This document shows, piece by piece, positions 11,166 through 23,249 of a stretch of DNA of 64,000 bases (positions within the stretch are counted from its first letter, which is position 1; every line of letters begins with the position of its first letter). Position numbers and translations under genes: made by a program. The notes beneath the pieces are model-generated. The model was not told the DNA's origin. It saw only the letters and a list, made by a program, of their open reading frames with translations, and ran no database searches. Source of the stretch: Podarcis liolepis (lineage: Eukaryota); the NCBI GenBank assembly GCA_965112155.1, contig OZ218102.1. One strand, written 5' to 3'.

Positions 11166-12297
11166 CTGCCCCTTGCACCAACTGTGTTGGCATAAAAATA
11201 CAAATCTATCCTTCCCCATATCTTAATCTGCGTTTAGCCTTTCCATGGAAAATCTGGTAAGATTTTTTTTAAAAAAAAATTGTTTCCAGCTGTCCATTTG
11301 CAATGTTAAGCCCACGTTTGGAAGTCTGGAAGTCCCCAAAGTAAAAATAGTACAGGGTGTTTTTAACCCTTTAATTGCTGTATGAATTAAACTTAACCCT
11401 TTTCCTACAAAGAAGGCAAAGTCCTGTGACACCTTAGATATGAATTTATCTCAGAACTAGCATTTGTAAACAAGAGTTTACCTTATCATTTGTATGAAAT
11501 AGAAAATATCTCTCTCACAAACACAAATTTTTAATCCGAACTTGCAGAAAACAAATAATTGATAGAAGAGATAATTGAATACATAATTGAATTCAGCTGA
11601 CATCACTAAGGTTCCCATTAATGTATCTAGATTGCTGTTTTCTGAACACTTCCACAACATGGTCACTAATGTGTCACTTACAAAGGTTGTTTGCTGAAGA
11701 AAGAAAATGTGGGAGGAACGCCATTTTAAACCACACACATTTTTCTGATTCAGTTTACATATACAGGAATTCTTTTTTTTAAAAAACAGTTTGTTTCACT
11801 TCTTCCATTTCATTATAAGATAGATATTATGGGCTTGGTCTACTGAGTATTCAGACAAAGCCCAACTGTTGCCACAATGGATGATTATCTGGCTGTAACC
11901 ATATTGTTTTCTGTATCTGGATAGTTAGATTCTCTCTGTAAAATGCTATTTGAAAATGTGTGCATTTCACCTTAATTTCTGAGTAGTAGCATGTGCCATA
12001 GATGTTCAGCACCCCTGAGTGAATGAGCACATGTTCTGTAGATAAATTATCCTCATGGGACTAGCCCAACTGCACAAACAAGAGACTTGCATTATCTGGC
12101 CATGTTGTGTGTGATCTCAGAAATATGCTTCATTGTTCTCTATGGCATACTTATCAGATTGCAGCATGATGGGATAACGCATGGGGTCAGCTTTGGAAGA
12201 TACACTCTTCAAGAAGTGGGCCTGTGTTGTAGCTGAACTATTTTAAATGAGTAGCAATCTCAATCGAGTAAAATATCATTTCTCTTCCCTCTGCTAG

Positions 12298-12369
12298 GTG
12301 ACATAGGACCAATGGGCCCCCCTGGCCGCCAAGGCCCAAGAGGACCAAGGGGTGAAAAGGGCGAGAAAG
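12298..12369 (+). CDS. COL17A1: COL17A1 penultimate exon (72 nt): GDIGPMGPPGRQGPRGPRGEKGEK
   Basis: tctgctag| ... |gtattt. Confidence 0.95.
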
Positions 12370-12976
12370 GTATTTGTTTTCCAAATTAGAAGGGGAAGCA
12401 TAGCGCGGGTCCAAGCATGAAGACTTAGCATTTGTCATAGTTCTAGTGTAGCCACCTGTATTGTGAGAGTCAACCTTCCCCCACTTTTTTCAGAGACCCA
12501 TACATAGGCAATGACTCAAGCAAACTTTATTTATTTTATCCTGCTTCTCAGACAACTGGTGTCTCCCAAAGTGGATTACGTAAATGAAAAGAAGAACCTG
12601 CAATTAAGTTTACAAATAAAAATGCACAACACACAATGGAAGGGGAATTGAGGGAAGAGGCTGAGGATGTGGCCAGATTGAACTTCCTTTGCTTGAATAG
12701 CAGCTGATAGCTTCTGTTCCTGTGGCTGCAGTCAGAGTATCCTTGCTTGCTTCTGCAGTCCCAGGGCAGTTGGAGCCAAATGGTCTTTCAGGCAGCTCCT
12801 TCCTTGGCCTCCCCATCCTGAGGGACAGTTGGAAGTGCAGTGGTTCTTGTTCCCTGGCAAATGGCAGAGGCCAAAGTGTGCTGCTCTTTAGTTCCTAACA
12901 GTAGCATGAAAGTTGGGAAAATGTGTACTTGTACCTGTAAAGTAACACTTTCTTCATCTTATTCCATCTCTCTTAG

Positions 12977-13026
12977 GTGAAGCAGTGTATGTTGGCCGAA
13001 GGAAAAGGAGAAGCATTGGGGTCTAA
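12977..13026 (+). CDS. COL17A1: COL17A1 last coding exon: GEAVYVGRRKRRSIGV*
   Basis: ctcttag|; TAA at 13024-13026; polybasic NC1 tail. Confidence 0.95.
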
Positions 13027-14888
13027 TCTAAGAACACAAATTTGAGCAGAAGATTTCTCAACTGCTTATGGTTGCTTTTTTATCTCAGTGGAGACAAAAA
13101 CCCCGTTTCCAGTGACTTCCAGCAAGTGACGACTAACACTTGGTACTTTGGGAATGGTTTTCATAACATTTTATCTTATTTCTAAGATATGGGTGGCTTC
13201 CAGTAGTACATATTGAACTAATGGCTCATTTGCTTGTTGTCCCATATGAATTGGCTGGAACAGAGTATAGCCCTCATCTAAACCCAAGGATTTTATAACA
13301 GCATAGCCTCAAAAGTTGTAACTTACTCCCCAGGAAACTCACACTTCAGTTTCTCTGGATGAAGATTAGCATGAGAAATCTTCAACAGAAACTCAACCAA
13401 AGTTGAAAGGATTGGAGTCAGAGGTTGTGTATCTTCCTTTGAAGTAGGAGAAAGCATATCCAAAATTATCAAGAATATGGATTTAAGAGTAAAGGCTATG
13501 CCAGTTGTGATAATACTCAACTATATGCTAGCAGGATGCATAACCATAGGCTACATTTTATTATTGTTAAATCCACTTAATCTGTTATAAAATGCATTGC
13601 AAAAATGTGAAGGACCTTGGGGCTGTTAGTATATAAGCACTTTGTTGGAATTTTTTTTAAAATGTCTGCTGTGGTTTTAATTACTATAAAAGTGCCTTTT
13701 TAATATAAAGCTTCCCGATTAGAGCTTGTTTACACTCTAGCCTCACTTTAGCAGAAACCAGACACTGAAGTATTATGACAGACAAAGTCAGGGAAGCTTA
13801 TGCATACAAGTACAGCAGCCTGCCCACCTTCAAAAGTGAGCAGTTTTATCTATGACCATTTCTTCCTCTACTGCCTGCTTGCAGTGAGCATCTCCTAAGC
13901 CATCTGTTGTTTTTAAGGTGCGGCAATCCCCATTAGCATAGAATGATGTGCAGCAAGGGGAATTTAGGCAACATGCCTGAGTCTGTGCAAAGTCAATAAA
14001 GTTTATTTTCACGTGTCCTAAATCATATCAATATATCAAGAAACTAATGTTGTACAGTGTGAATCCTCTATCCCGTTATTATACATGCAATCATGGCAGC
14101 AATAAAGTGATAGCTAAGTCTGGAGGGACATGTTTTTGGGCCACAGGAAATTTATCCATGTAAATCCTGATGTTGCGACACATCTCAAGATGTTACGGAA
14201 TTGTAATTTGTTAAAAACATTGCTGGGTATAGGTCAACCTTAATTCCTCCATTTGCTCCAAGATACAAATTTAGTGTTCCGTAACTGATAGCAAAAGATT
14301 CAGAATTTAGCTAAGAGATCAAGGAAGATCAAATTAGAAAAATTAACACCAGTGTTGGAAATACACATTTCCTGGACAGGTTAACTATTGCCTCCAACCT
14401 TATCAAACATATAAATCGAAATTGATAGCTGCAGTTCGCCATCTTGTGAAATAAAAACCAGTTTTCTACAATACAAAGAGGTAGATAGTTGCATGGCTTT
14501 CTGGTGTGACCTAAGACTAGCACTTCCACTAAATGTGTCCAGTGGGGCTTTGAACTTTTTTCTCCCTCCATTCCAACATACCTAGGTAGCTAATCAAAAT
14601 TAGTTTGTGACATGGTACTGAGCTTGGGAGCTGTTTGCTAAGGGACTCAGAATTGCATACAAGCCCTTAAGTGCACAAATTATGTCTGGATCTGTGACCC
14701 TTGACATGATGACTTGTGCTCAAGGGATTCCATCAGGGTAAGATGAATCTCCTGTAACTGGCATACCATTTGTCTGGTTTTGCAACTTTGGAGCAAACAT
14801 CCTATTAAATAGTATTTTCAACATATCAAGCAATTGGTTGTGCATTTAAACCAGCTATATCTGTTACTGAGACATTTACTTTTTAAAA

Positions 14889-14894
14889 AATAAA
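14889..14894 (+). terminator. COL17A1: Probable distal COL17A1 polyadenylation signal (AATAAA); other candidates at 13995, 14101 and 14450
   Basis: AATAAA followed about 15-30 nt later by a GT/T-rich downstream element; transposon-rich DNA begins just after. Confidence 0.5.
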
Positions 14895-15103
14895 GTTACT
14901 TCCAATGTGTTAAGTTTCTTTCTTCCCCTGTCCCATGAGCTGTGTGGATTACACTATGTTTCCTGATATGCTTGCATATTATACAGGTAGGCAAGGGTGA
15001 GTCATTTGGTAGATGAATGGAAACTGAATGTGTTTCCATCTTTCAAACCCCCATTTTGTTTTGACACAAAGTGTCCATGTTTCTTCTTAACATTATCTTT
15101 CAA

Positions 15104-15322
15104 GTGCAATCCTATACATATCTGCTGAGAACTCCTGTTTAGCTCAGTGGGATTTGGGACATGGGTAGTGCTGCAGTTTAAACCACTGTGCTGCTTGGAC
15201 TTGGACAAATGCCGGCTCCCTCAGCCTGTAAAGCGAGTTGGGCGCCGCAACCCCAGAGTCGTTCGCGACTGGACTTAATTGTCAGTGGTCCCTTTACCTT
15301 TAAACATGCACAGGATTGCATC
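15104..15322. mobile_element. Short palindromic element (gtgcaatcct...aggattgca) containing an internally deleted Sauria SINE (15156-15302, +)
   Basis: SINE 5' end GGGACATGGGTAGTGCTG joined directly to the 3' part ending TACCTTTA; an uninterrupted copy of the host element lies at about 54289-54380. Confidence 0.75.
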
Positions 15323-15713
15323 CTTAAGAGCATCAAAATAATTTCAGTCATTTATCTGAATTTTGGTTTTCTGTGGCAAAAAAGCGTTTAAGTATTTGAA
15401 GATGGCTAATATCTCTCCTCTCATTCTAATTATCAAGCAAAACATACCTAAGTCCTTCAGCTGCCATCCAAGTGGTGGCAGCTGTGGTCAGAATTGCCTG
15501 TGCTTGTGTCCTACCTACACCCTTGCTGCAGCTGGTACAAAATACAGTGGCCAGTGTGGTTTTTGGCATTAACAGCCCTTTTCTTTCAAGACACAGAAAG
15601 AACAGTGCTAGTGGAAGAAAAGTATAGATTCCTACAAAATGGGTAATGGACCACAGTACTTATTCTACAGATCTTTCTTGTAGTTTATTTTGTTTGAAAT
15701 ATATGGGCTTCCC

Positions 15714-16046
15714 TTCAGTATACCTGAAGGAGCGTCTCCACCCCCATCGTTCTGCCCGGACACTGAGGTCCAGCGCCGAGGGCCTTCTGGCGGTTCCCTC
15801 ATTGCGAGAAGCGAAGCTACAGGGAACCAGGCAGAGGGCCTTTTCGGTGGTGGCGCCCGCCCTGTGGAATGCCCTCCCATCGGATTTCAAGGTGATGGAC
15901 AACTACCTGACATTCAGAAGACATCTTAAGGCGGCCCTATTCAGGGAAGCTTTTAATGTATGATATTTTAGTGTTTTTTGGTTTCTGTGGAAGCCGCCCA
16001 GAGTGGCTGGGGAAACCCAGCCAGATGGGCGGGGTACAAATAATAA

Positions 16047-16100
<54 letters not shown>
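15714..16100 (+). mobile_element. Young 5'-truncated L2-clade LINE with an (ATT)n tail
   Basis: ORF2 C-terminus ...RTLRSS...RAFSVVAPALWNALP...FRRHLKAALF; CpGs retained; ATT microsatellite at about 16043-16099. Confidence 0.9.
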
Positions 16101-16255
16101 TCAAATGAAAATGAACTTTCAAAGCTTGTGGGGGCAGGGGCAGATATAACTCTAATTCACCAATTAAAAAAAAAGTTTGCTACCAAGAGTAGGCGGCTCA
16201 CAGGCAAATACTTCAAGTACAGCACTAACTGAATTGAAATTCTTCCTTCTGAAAT

Positions 16256-16261
16256 TTTATT
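16256..16261 (-). terminator. SLK: Probable distal SLK polyadenylation signal (AATAAA on the - strand); more proximal candidates at 18172 and 19912
   Basis: TTTATT on +, about 4.3 kb after the stop codon, just before the intergenic transposon block. Confidence 0.45.
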
Positions 16262-16511
16262 GTATCTCTGCCTAGAGATAAAAGAAACCACATCCCAACC
16301 CTTAAAATAGCACTTTCAAGGGGCCAGAACTTGTGCTTTGGTAAGAAGCTTTTCTAAAGAAAACAAATAGTAACACCTTAGGCAAGAATAAAAAATTTGT
16401 GCTCCAGAAGAAATCAGTAGCATCAACTTCCAAAGAGATTATTTAGAATCTTAAGATCTAACAGTATTCCTATGTTCCACTGATTTAAATGAAAGTAAGA
16501 TAAAGGAAAAG

Positions 16512-17725
16512 TTGTTCTTACCATAAATGATATTTCACTGAGGATGTAAAGAGAGTTCCAAGCGGATTGCGTTGCTTGCCCTGCAGCTTGGAGGCAGAAA
16601 ATGCCTATATAAGTTTTCTGCTCTCTTCCTGTTGAGGCTCAGTCCTATTTCTTCGAACAGCTTAGGAGGAAACAAAACTCAACAGCACAAAATGTGATAA
16701 AATGTGTACAAAATAGGAAACAACCAGAAAAAGTGGGAGAAAAACCATTCTGGAAACCAACAAAATCCACAAGGACTAACACAACTGAATATGTATTGCT
16801 TTCCCATGCTGAGCCTGAAGGCTCAGTGAGGCAAGTGCCTGTCGTTCACCAGGCATGGATTGTATCTCCTCAGGAACGGCTGCCATTATGCTTGCCAATT
16901 TCTTCGTTCCTTGCTGCCTCCAAGCGTTGTAGTCTCAGAGCTGGTTGGTTTAGGACTCAATGAAGCAGCAGAGGATGATACCCCCAGTTTTTCCTCCAGC
17001 AGCAACTTGCCAGAACTCAGTTTCCGCCCCTCTCAGGTGGGCACCATTGCCATTATAAGAGAACAAGGGAGGTGTTCATGGTGAGTCCAGCACCTCTTTT
17101 TCTAGAAAATTAACACTGGATGTCCCTTGCACAGGACTCAAAGGAAGAGGCTGCACTTGCAAGGGCCCTCCCTGGGATCTTCAGAAATAGCGGCCCCCTG
17201 GATGCTTGCTGCAGCTACTGCTGAGTGTGGCCCCAACCCCAAAACTTGGCTTTTTTCCTCCTTCAAAGAAGTAGCCCTGAACTGTAGGGATTTGTCTGTC
17301 TTCCCCATAATGAGAAAGTGGAAAATCCTAGCCTCACAGCTCAGGATGGAGCTTAGAAAGGGAGAGAAAGAAAAAAAGGCAGGAAACAAGTGAGGAAAGG
17401 TGAAGGAATTTTTTTTCTTTTTCTTTTTTACACAGTAAGAGAAAAAGAGAGGAAGAGCAGCTGTAGAAAACAAATAAGAACAAAAGACTCAATATAAGAA
17501 GGAGAAAAAAGAACAGGCTGGCTATAAGGGAAAAGCCTTAAAGTTTCCAAACAGAATGTTTCTCCGAGTTGAGACAGGAAATGGACTGAGCCTCAATAGA
17601 AAGAGAGCTGAAAAATCTTCCGTAGAAGTTTTGGGCATTTCCTGTCTTCAAGTTGCAGCAACACAATCCGCTTGGAGCCCTCTTCCATCCATAGGTGACA
17701 GGAATGGCAAACTGACCTTAGGTGG
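16512..17725. mobile_element. Degenerate element with inverted terminal repeats, probably DIRS-type (tyrosine-recombinase retrotransposon), non-autonomous
   Basis: About 105-bp inverted arms at 16542-16645 and 17583-17690; TTCTTACC...ATTTC terminus resembles vertebrate DIRS ends; no intact ORF. Confidence 0.55.
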
Positions 17726-20537
17726 TATGATTCTAGCAACTGACAAGCTAAAATAAAGACAGCGGTTCAGTAAAAAGTTTTCTTCTTTGACATAATCAGC
17801 TTAGCTCAGAATTATGAGGGCTTTTTGGTGCCCTTGTAGTAGAGCAACAAAACTGAGCTTCAATATTAATGGCAGTGTATTTTCCTTCATCAGATTATCT
17901 GTGAAGGAAACCATTTCTCACGCCATCAAATCAAAGCCATATATTGATATCATTTTCAATAAACTCCACTGTGTACCTCTATAGGGAAACCAATCAGGTG
18001 CAGGTGCTCAAAGTTTCAGCCAGGAGGAGGAGCCAAACACAAAACAAAAATGCAACATTTTTGTACAATTAAACCTTTTATAATGGTGGGGAACTTGGTG
18101 GCACAAAGGGCAGACCCCTCTCATGGGGCCCCTCTAATTAATGCATTATCTGACTGCCAGCCTTTACCCTGTTTATTTGTGGCTAGGTTCAGACATCACA
18201 TACACACAGCATGGTTTGACTCTCAAGAATGTGCCCTTTGTTTGTAGGGTCCCTTTTATGTTCTAATTTCCTCCTGCAGGACCTGGTTATCCCTGGTTTC
18301 CAGGGATAACCAAATTAGATAAAATACAACAAATGTACTGTATCTACAAATCAAGTTGCTTCTAGATCAATTTCCGGTATATAGTAACCATAGCACCACT
18401 GATTTTGGTGTCATGGAAACCTAGGGTTACCATGAATTGGAAAATAAAAAGAGAATCAGAGTATGCAAGTACAAGAGGAAAAACACATGCACATTTCTGA
18501 CAGTTGAACCATGGTTTGGCACCTGACCCTAACATCCTGTGTCATGACACCGGGAACCATGTTGGGATAATAAAGGTCTGATTTTGTAGCATGTGAAACA
18601 TGCAAAGAAATGAACACTTTATATGCAACACAGGGCAATAATGATGGAAGAACGCCACCAGGCAATCATCAATATAGGAAGAAACCGAGTAGGGCTAAGT
18701 TCTGGTGCTCATTTTGGTTCTGGTGCCCCAAGAAACAGCAACACCACAGAATCCTTTCAGACTAGCACACAACACACACAACTCCCCAAAGGAATCCACA
18801 AACTTGAGATTTTTAAAGAGTTTTTTAAACAGATAGAAACAGTATTTAATGTTATAATCAATACTAGTTATTTCGTAAAGGTGACTTTTAAAAAAAGTAA
18901 AGGCTTTTGAAAACTTTCCCACCAAAACAATTCAGAATAAACAGATTTCAGAACTTTGTAAAGAGCAAAATGCCACATTCTAGTTGATGTATATGCGAAT
19001 GTACAACCTGGTACACAATACATATTTATAAAATAAAATGTGAAGTATTAAGGCTAGCTATGAAATATTTGTTAGGTAGATTATGATTAAAGGAAAACAA
19101 AATTTAACTGAAACATGCATCTTCAAAGTATGTTTACTATACTGTCACAATTAAACAATCTGATCTGATAAGATCAACCTCAGTATCCGGATTCAGTAGC
19201 CAAAGTATTGAGCACACTTGATTAAAGTACTATATATTTTTATAATCTGCTTCCTTCACATGCAGGAATGCTGCTGACATAATATAAAATTTGTAAGAAA
19301 TTGGACAGTATTCACATTTAATGAAAAGACTGCAAATGCGAAAACTTACAATTGATTATTCAAAGCTACCTACTAAAAGATTAGGCTGCGAAAAAACAGG
19401 AAGCAACCAACATTTATATTACAAATCTAACTTTGGCATATCAAAAGGACAGTCTACAATACTGTTTTTGATATGACTGAGATCTGAAGCCTGAAAAGAC
19501 AGCAGCTGCTGTTTAATGCAGGCACATCTCCTGCCAACAACATGATAAATATTTCTATCCCACCCCCACAGCAAATAAGTTATAATACAACTATGAATTT
19601 TAGAAATAAAACCATTTAACTTTAGTTACTTCATGGTAAAACAATGAAGCAGATTAACCGTTTGTCTATACATGTAACTTAAATCCTTCTATAGATCAAC
19701 ATACATTTTGAAAGAAAACATGCCTTGCAATCCAGACATCAGCATTGATTTGTACGAACGGGGACAGTCACAGCCATTTTCTGCTCTGGAGTTTCAAAAC
19801 TGCTACTTTGAGTAAGGAGAGAATCCATTCAGTTCACGTTTCCCTAATCGTGGGGGTGAGAATGGGGCTGCAATTTTTGCACACTTTTTCTTGAGAAATA
19901 AATGATATTGTTTTATTTCAGTTTGTAGAGGAATATGGTGTATATTTTAAAGTAGACAGGAGTACTCTTTTTTAAACTTTTACATATTTTAGTGCAAGGA
20001 TTTGACAAAAATTGTGGCAGCGGCAAGCATTTCTGTTACAGTAATATCAGTAACGAGGGCTTCTTTAGTGATAAAGAAACATGATCCTCTTACAAAAAAA
20101 AAAACCGTAGCATGTTTACAGGTTTCAGGCACTGAATGAGGCTAGTGACCCATTTCCTCACGAGGTAATGGGCATAACACAACAAATATTTGGTTAAATG
20201 AGTAGTAGTATATCTGCCTAAGAATCCTCTACAATTATTCCTGGGCATTGCAGATTATCTTTAATAGTTTAGGCTTGCTTTCCAGTGCCAACACAGTTGG
20301 ATACATTTTTTTCAGTCCAGTTTTCAAATGGCTATCCTTGAAATACATGAAATATATCATATTGGATTTCAAGACCAACATTTGTGCTTCTATATCTGAT
20401 ATCACTGATTGTCTCCACTGAAGGTGGATGGAGTTCCACTGAGGTTCTTGGATGCAGAGTGTAGATTTCATTGTGACAGAAGCTGAAGAGGAGAAGCTGA
20501 AAGACGCACCCAAAGCCACCTCACAGAGGCTCCAAAT

Positions 20538-20684
20538 TTATGATCCAGTGGAGTGCAGGCTAGGGACTGCGTAGAATTTAGAAATCCGGCTTTGCGATGA
20601 TGGATTAAGGCATTCAGATTCTCCAGACATTTTAAAGAAAATCTCCTGTTCTTGAAGCTTACGAGCAAATTCCTCTTCTAATGT
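20538..20684 (-). CDS. SLK: SLK last coding exon (147 nt): TLEEEFARKLQEQEIFFKMSGESECLNPSSQSRISKFYAVPSLHSTGS*
   Basis: Acceptor at 20685-20686; TAA at 20538-20540. Confidence 0.98.
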   Translation of the reverse strand, partial: TLEEEFARKLQEQEIFFKMSGESECLNPSSQSRISKFYAVPSLHSTGS

Positions 20685-20846
20685 CTAATGACAAACAACA
20701 ACAACATTTAAACAAAATAAACATGATGAGCTTGGTGTTAGTTCTTGATCTGATTTATCAGAGACAAGCTACAAAACCAACTGCCCCATATAGTATTAGT
20801 ATAGAATATAATATTCTATTGGTGATTCAAAGTCAATCTGCATTAC

Positions 20847-20960
20847 CTTTTTCCTTGGTCTCAGTTTCTCTCGCCATTCTTTAAGTTCTTGGCTATGTTC
20901 CTCATCCAGCTCTTTTAATTTCTGAGTCTCGTGTTCAACCAGCAGGTGGCATTTCTCATT
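20847..20960 (-). CDS. SLK: SLK exon 18 (114 nt): [38 protein letters not shown]
   Basis: AG/GT boundaries; conserved sequence. Confidence 0.98.
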
Positions 20961-21418
20961 CTGAAAATGGGATACAGATAATCCTTTAGTAAAACTAAAT
21001 CAGATTAGACATTTGGCTACTTGTATAGAAGCATATGCTGACCTAATTCTTTAATTAGCTTAATCTGTACAGTAGCCAAGATAATTCCTACATAGCAATG
21101 TTCTCTATCAAGATTTTAGCTTTTCAACAGAAACTCTTACTTGAATTCCTCAAATAGGGCATGAAGAATATGTATTATGGTTTTTTAAAACTTTATCTGA
21201 AGCTAAAACTATGAACATATCTCAGAGCTAGAATCACAAGATTTATAGTGCAGACTGACGGGTTTTCCCACGATTTTTTTTTTAAGTTGCAAAAAGTTAT
21301 GCAATCTATCAGAATCTACTTTTTTTGGTTCTCACACACAGAAATTATTCTATTTCAATAAAGAGGTAACAGCTTTTATGAGATCAGCCCATCCAGAAAC
21401 CTCATGTTGTCTTCTCCC

Positions 21419-21565
21419 CAGTGCTTTTTTTCCTAAAAAAAATATTTAGGGGTACTCTCATTTTCCTACTCATGTTGAAATACTGCCCCTCAATGAGGCC
21501 AAACTTTGATTCACAAAATGTTTAGGGGTATGTATACCCCTGCATCCCCCCAGAAAAAAGCACTG
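21419..21565. mobile_element. hAT-type MITE
   Basis: TIRs CAGTGCTTTTTT...AAAAAAGCACTG; 8-bp TSD cttctccc/cttctctc. Confidence 0.85.
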
Positions 21566-21774
21566 CTTCTCTCTACACACAAGATCCCTATACACAGTCC
21601 ATTTTGTGTATAAATATTCCCCGGTCTTCTGTTTGCCAAAATTTCCACAGCTACTTGTAGCACAGGGAAATGTTAATACACAAATATACTTCATGCAGTT
21701 GAAAAAGTTGGAAGAGATCATAGCAGTAACAAAACTGTAACACTGCTACAAATCCGCAGCTAAACCCAGTTAAG

Positions 21775-21990
21775 AGACATGCTGGAAGATCTGGATTAAT
21801 AAGAGATGTTTTCACCTAAACACCAAAAAGATACCAAACTCATTGGCACATAAATCTCACAGAGAAGGGCATTCCACATGCAGGTCACTACCACAGAGAA
21901 GGGCCCTCTTTCTGGATATCACCCACCTGACTTCAGAAGGTGTGGAGACTTAGAGGAGGGCCTTGGAAAGAAAAACTGGTGCAGATTCAT
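21775..21990 (-). mobile_element. Old L2-like LINE 3' fragment
   Basis: gcattccaca...accacagagaagggccct is the reverse complement of the RAFSV...LWN region. Confidence 0.6.
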
Positions 21991-22146
21991 TTGCAAAAAA
22001 AAAAAGAACAGAAATACTGTGTGTAGTACCACAACTACAAAGTGTCACATGTAACTGCAGCACATGAAGTGCCATCACACTGAAAACAGACCTATCCCAT
22101 GTATAAATTACATAAAGGGGCACATTTGGGATTAACATTGTTTAAC

Positions 22147-22272
22147 CTGCAGCTGATGTAATTCTCTAATGTTGGCTTCGCACTGCAGCTGGAGGTCTCG
22201 CATTTGATTTTCATGTTTCTGATGTTGAGCCAGTCTCTCATTTTTTTGCCTTTTTTCTTCCTGAATAGCAAA
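22147..22272 (-). CDS. SLK: SLK exon 17 (126 nt): [42 protein letters not shown]
   Basis: AG/GT boundaries; conserved sequence. Confidence 0.97.
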
Positions 22273-22701
22273 CTTTCAGAGAAACAGGAGGACTTAAATT
22301 AGAATTTTTGAAATGTTTATAGACTCAAGCATATAATTAAATGACAGTGTAACATTCAAAAACAGTATATTGAAATAACTAATATTAGACAGATTTGAAA
22401 AAACATGGGCTTGCAAAAACCTTCTTGGTTCATTCTTAATACATACTGGATAAATGTGGATCTTACCTGAAGGAGCTGATCCACAAAACACATAAGCAAC
22501 AATATGACTTGGTTCTTAAACCAATTCTAACTGGCCCACTAGATTCAATAGGCTAATAGTAAATCAGCTTCAAGCACACACACATAGCTGAAGACATCAC
22601 TTCCAGAGACTTGGACTCATCAGATTTTTGACTTGAGAGTTTCATAGAACTGCATAATCTGTGTATGCAGATTCCCCCTTTGTCTAAAATCACTGCTTTA
22701 C

Positions 22702-22890
22702 CTGCTTAATCTTTTCACGATCCTGTTCCGGAGTGCTTGAGGAGTTTATTCTTAGGCTCTTTTTAAACATTGCCATCCTAGTTTTTGCTTCACTACGCTG
22801 GATTTTGGGCAACCGAGCTCTTTCCTGGGTATGCTTGTTTTTTAATTCCTCAATAAGCCGCTGGTTATATCTTTGCATCTGTTCTGTTTC
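22702..22890 (-). CDS. SLK: SLK exon 16 (189 nt): [63 protein letters not shown]
   Basis: AG/GT boundaries; conserved sequence. Confidence 0.98.
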
Positions 22891-23249
22891 CTTTTAAAAA
22901 AATGAGGGGAAATACATTTTATATATCATCAAACCTTTATTGGCATCACTTACAAATGTTCAGAATAAATAGGCCAATGCGGTCTCGTCGCCATTTCAAC
23001 AGTACATTTAAAGTATTTAATATACATTTTACCCTGTGCAAATAAAACACATCATAATTAAATTTTCTGTATCAGAAAAACTGAAGATAAATCTTTTTTT
23101 AAAAAAAATAACTGGTTAGTCAACCAGCAGTAATAACAACATACAAATTTCAGCCAACTGAAAAGATCAAATCATATTATTTCAAAATTTGCAGCTCTCC
23201 TTTTACCTACTACCATCACTCATAGTTTTCATTTATTTATTGTCTAAAC

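Larger units (their letters stand above)
568..13026 (+). other. COL17A1: COL17A1 (collagen XVII alpha-1/BP180), 3' part of the gene: 14 coding exons in the window, 5' exons lie upstream
   Basis: Chain of phase-1 GT-AG exons encoding Gly-X-Y runs interrupted by NC domains. Ends in ...[20 protein letters not shown]...GEAVYVGRRKRRSIGV*, matching the collagen XVII C-terminus. Adjacent to SLK as in mammals. Confidence 0.97.

Noticed and set aside
13015-13026. C-terminal SIGV as a PDZ-binding motif
   Set aside because: Collagen XVII is a type II membrane protein, so its C-terminus is extracellular
15646-15963. 105-aa ORF between the two genes as a novel gene
   Set aside because: C-terminus of an L2 LINE ORF2
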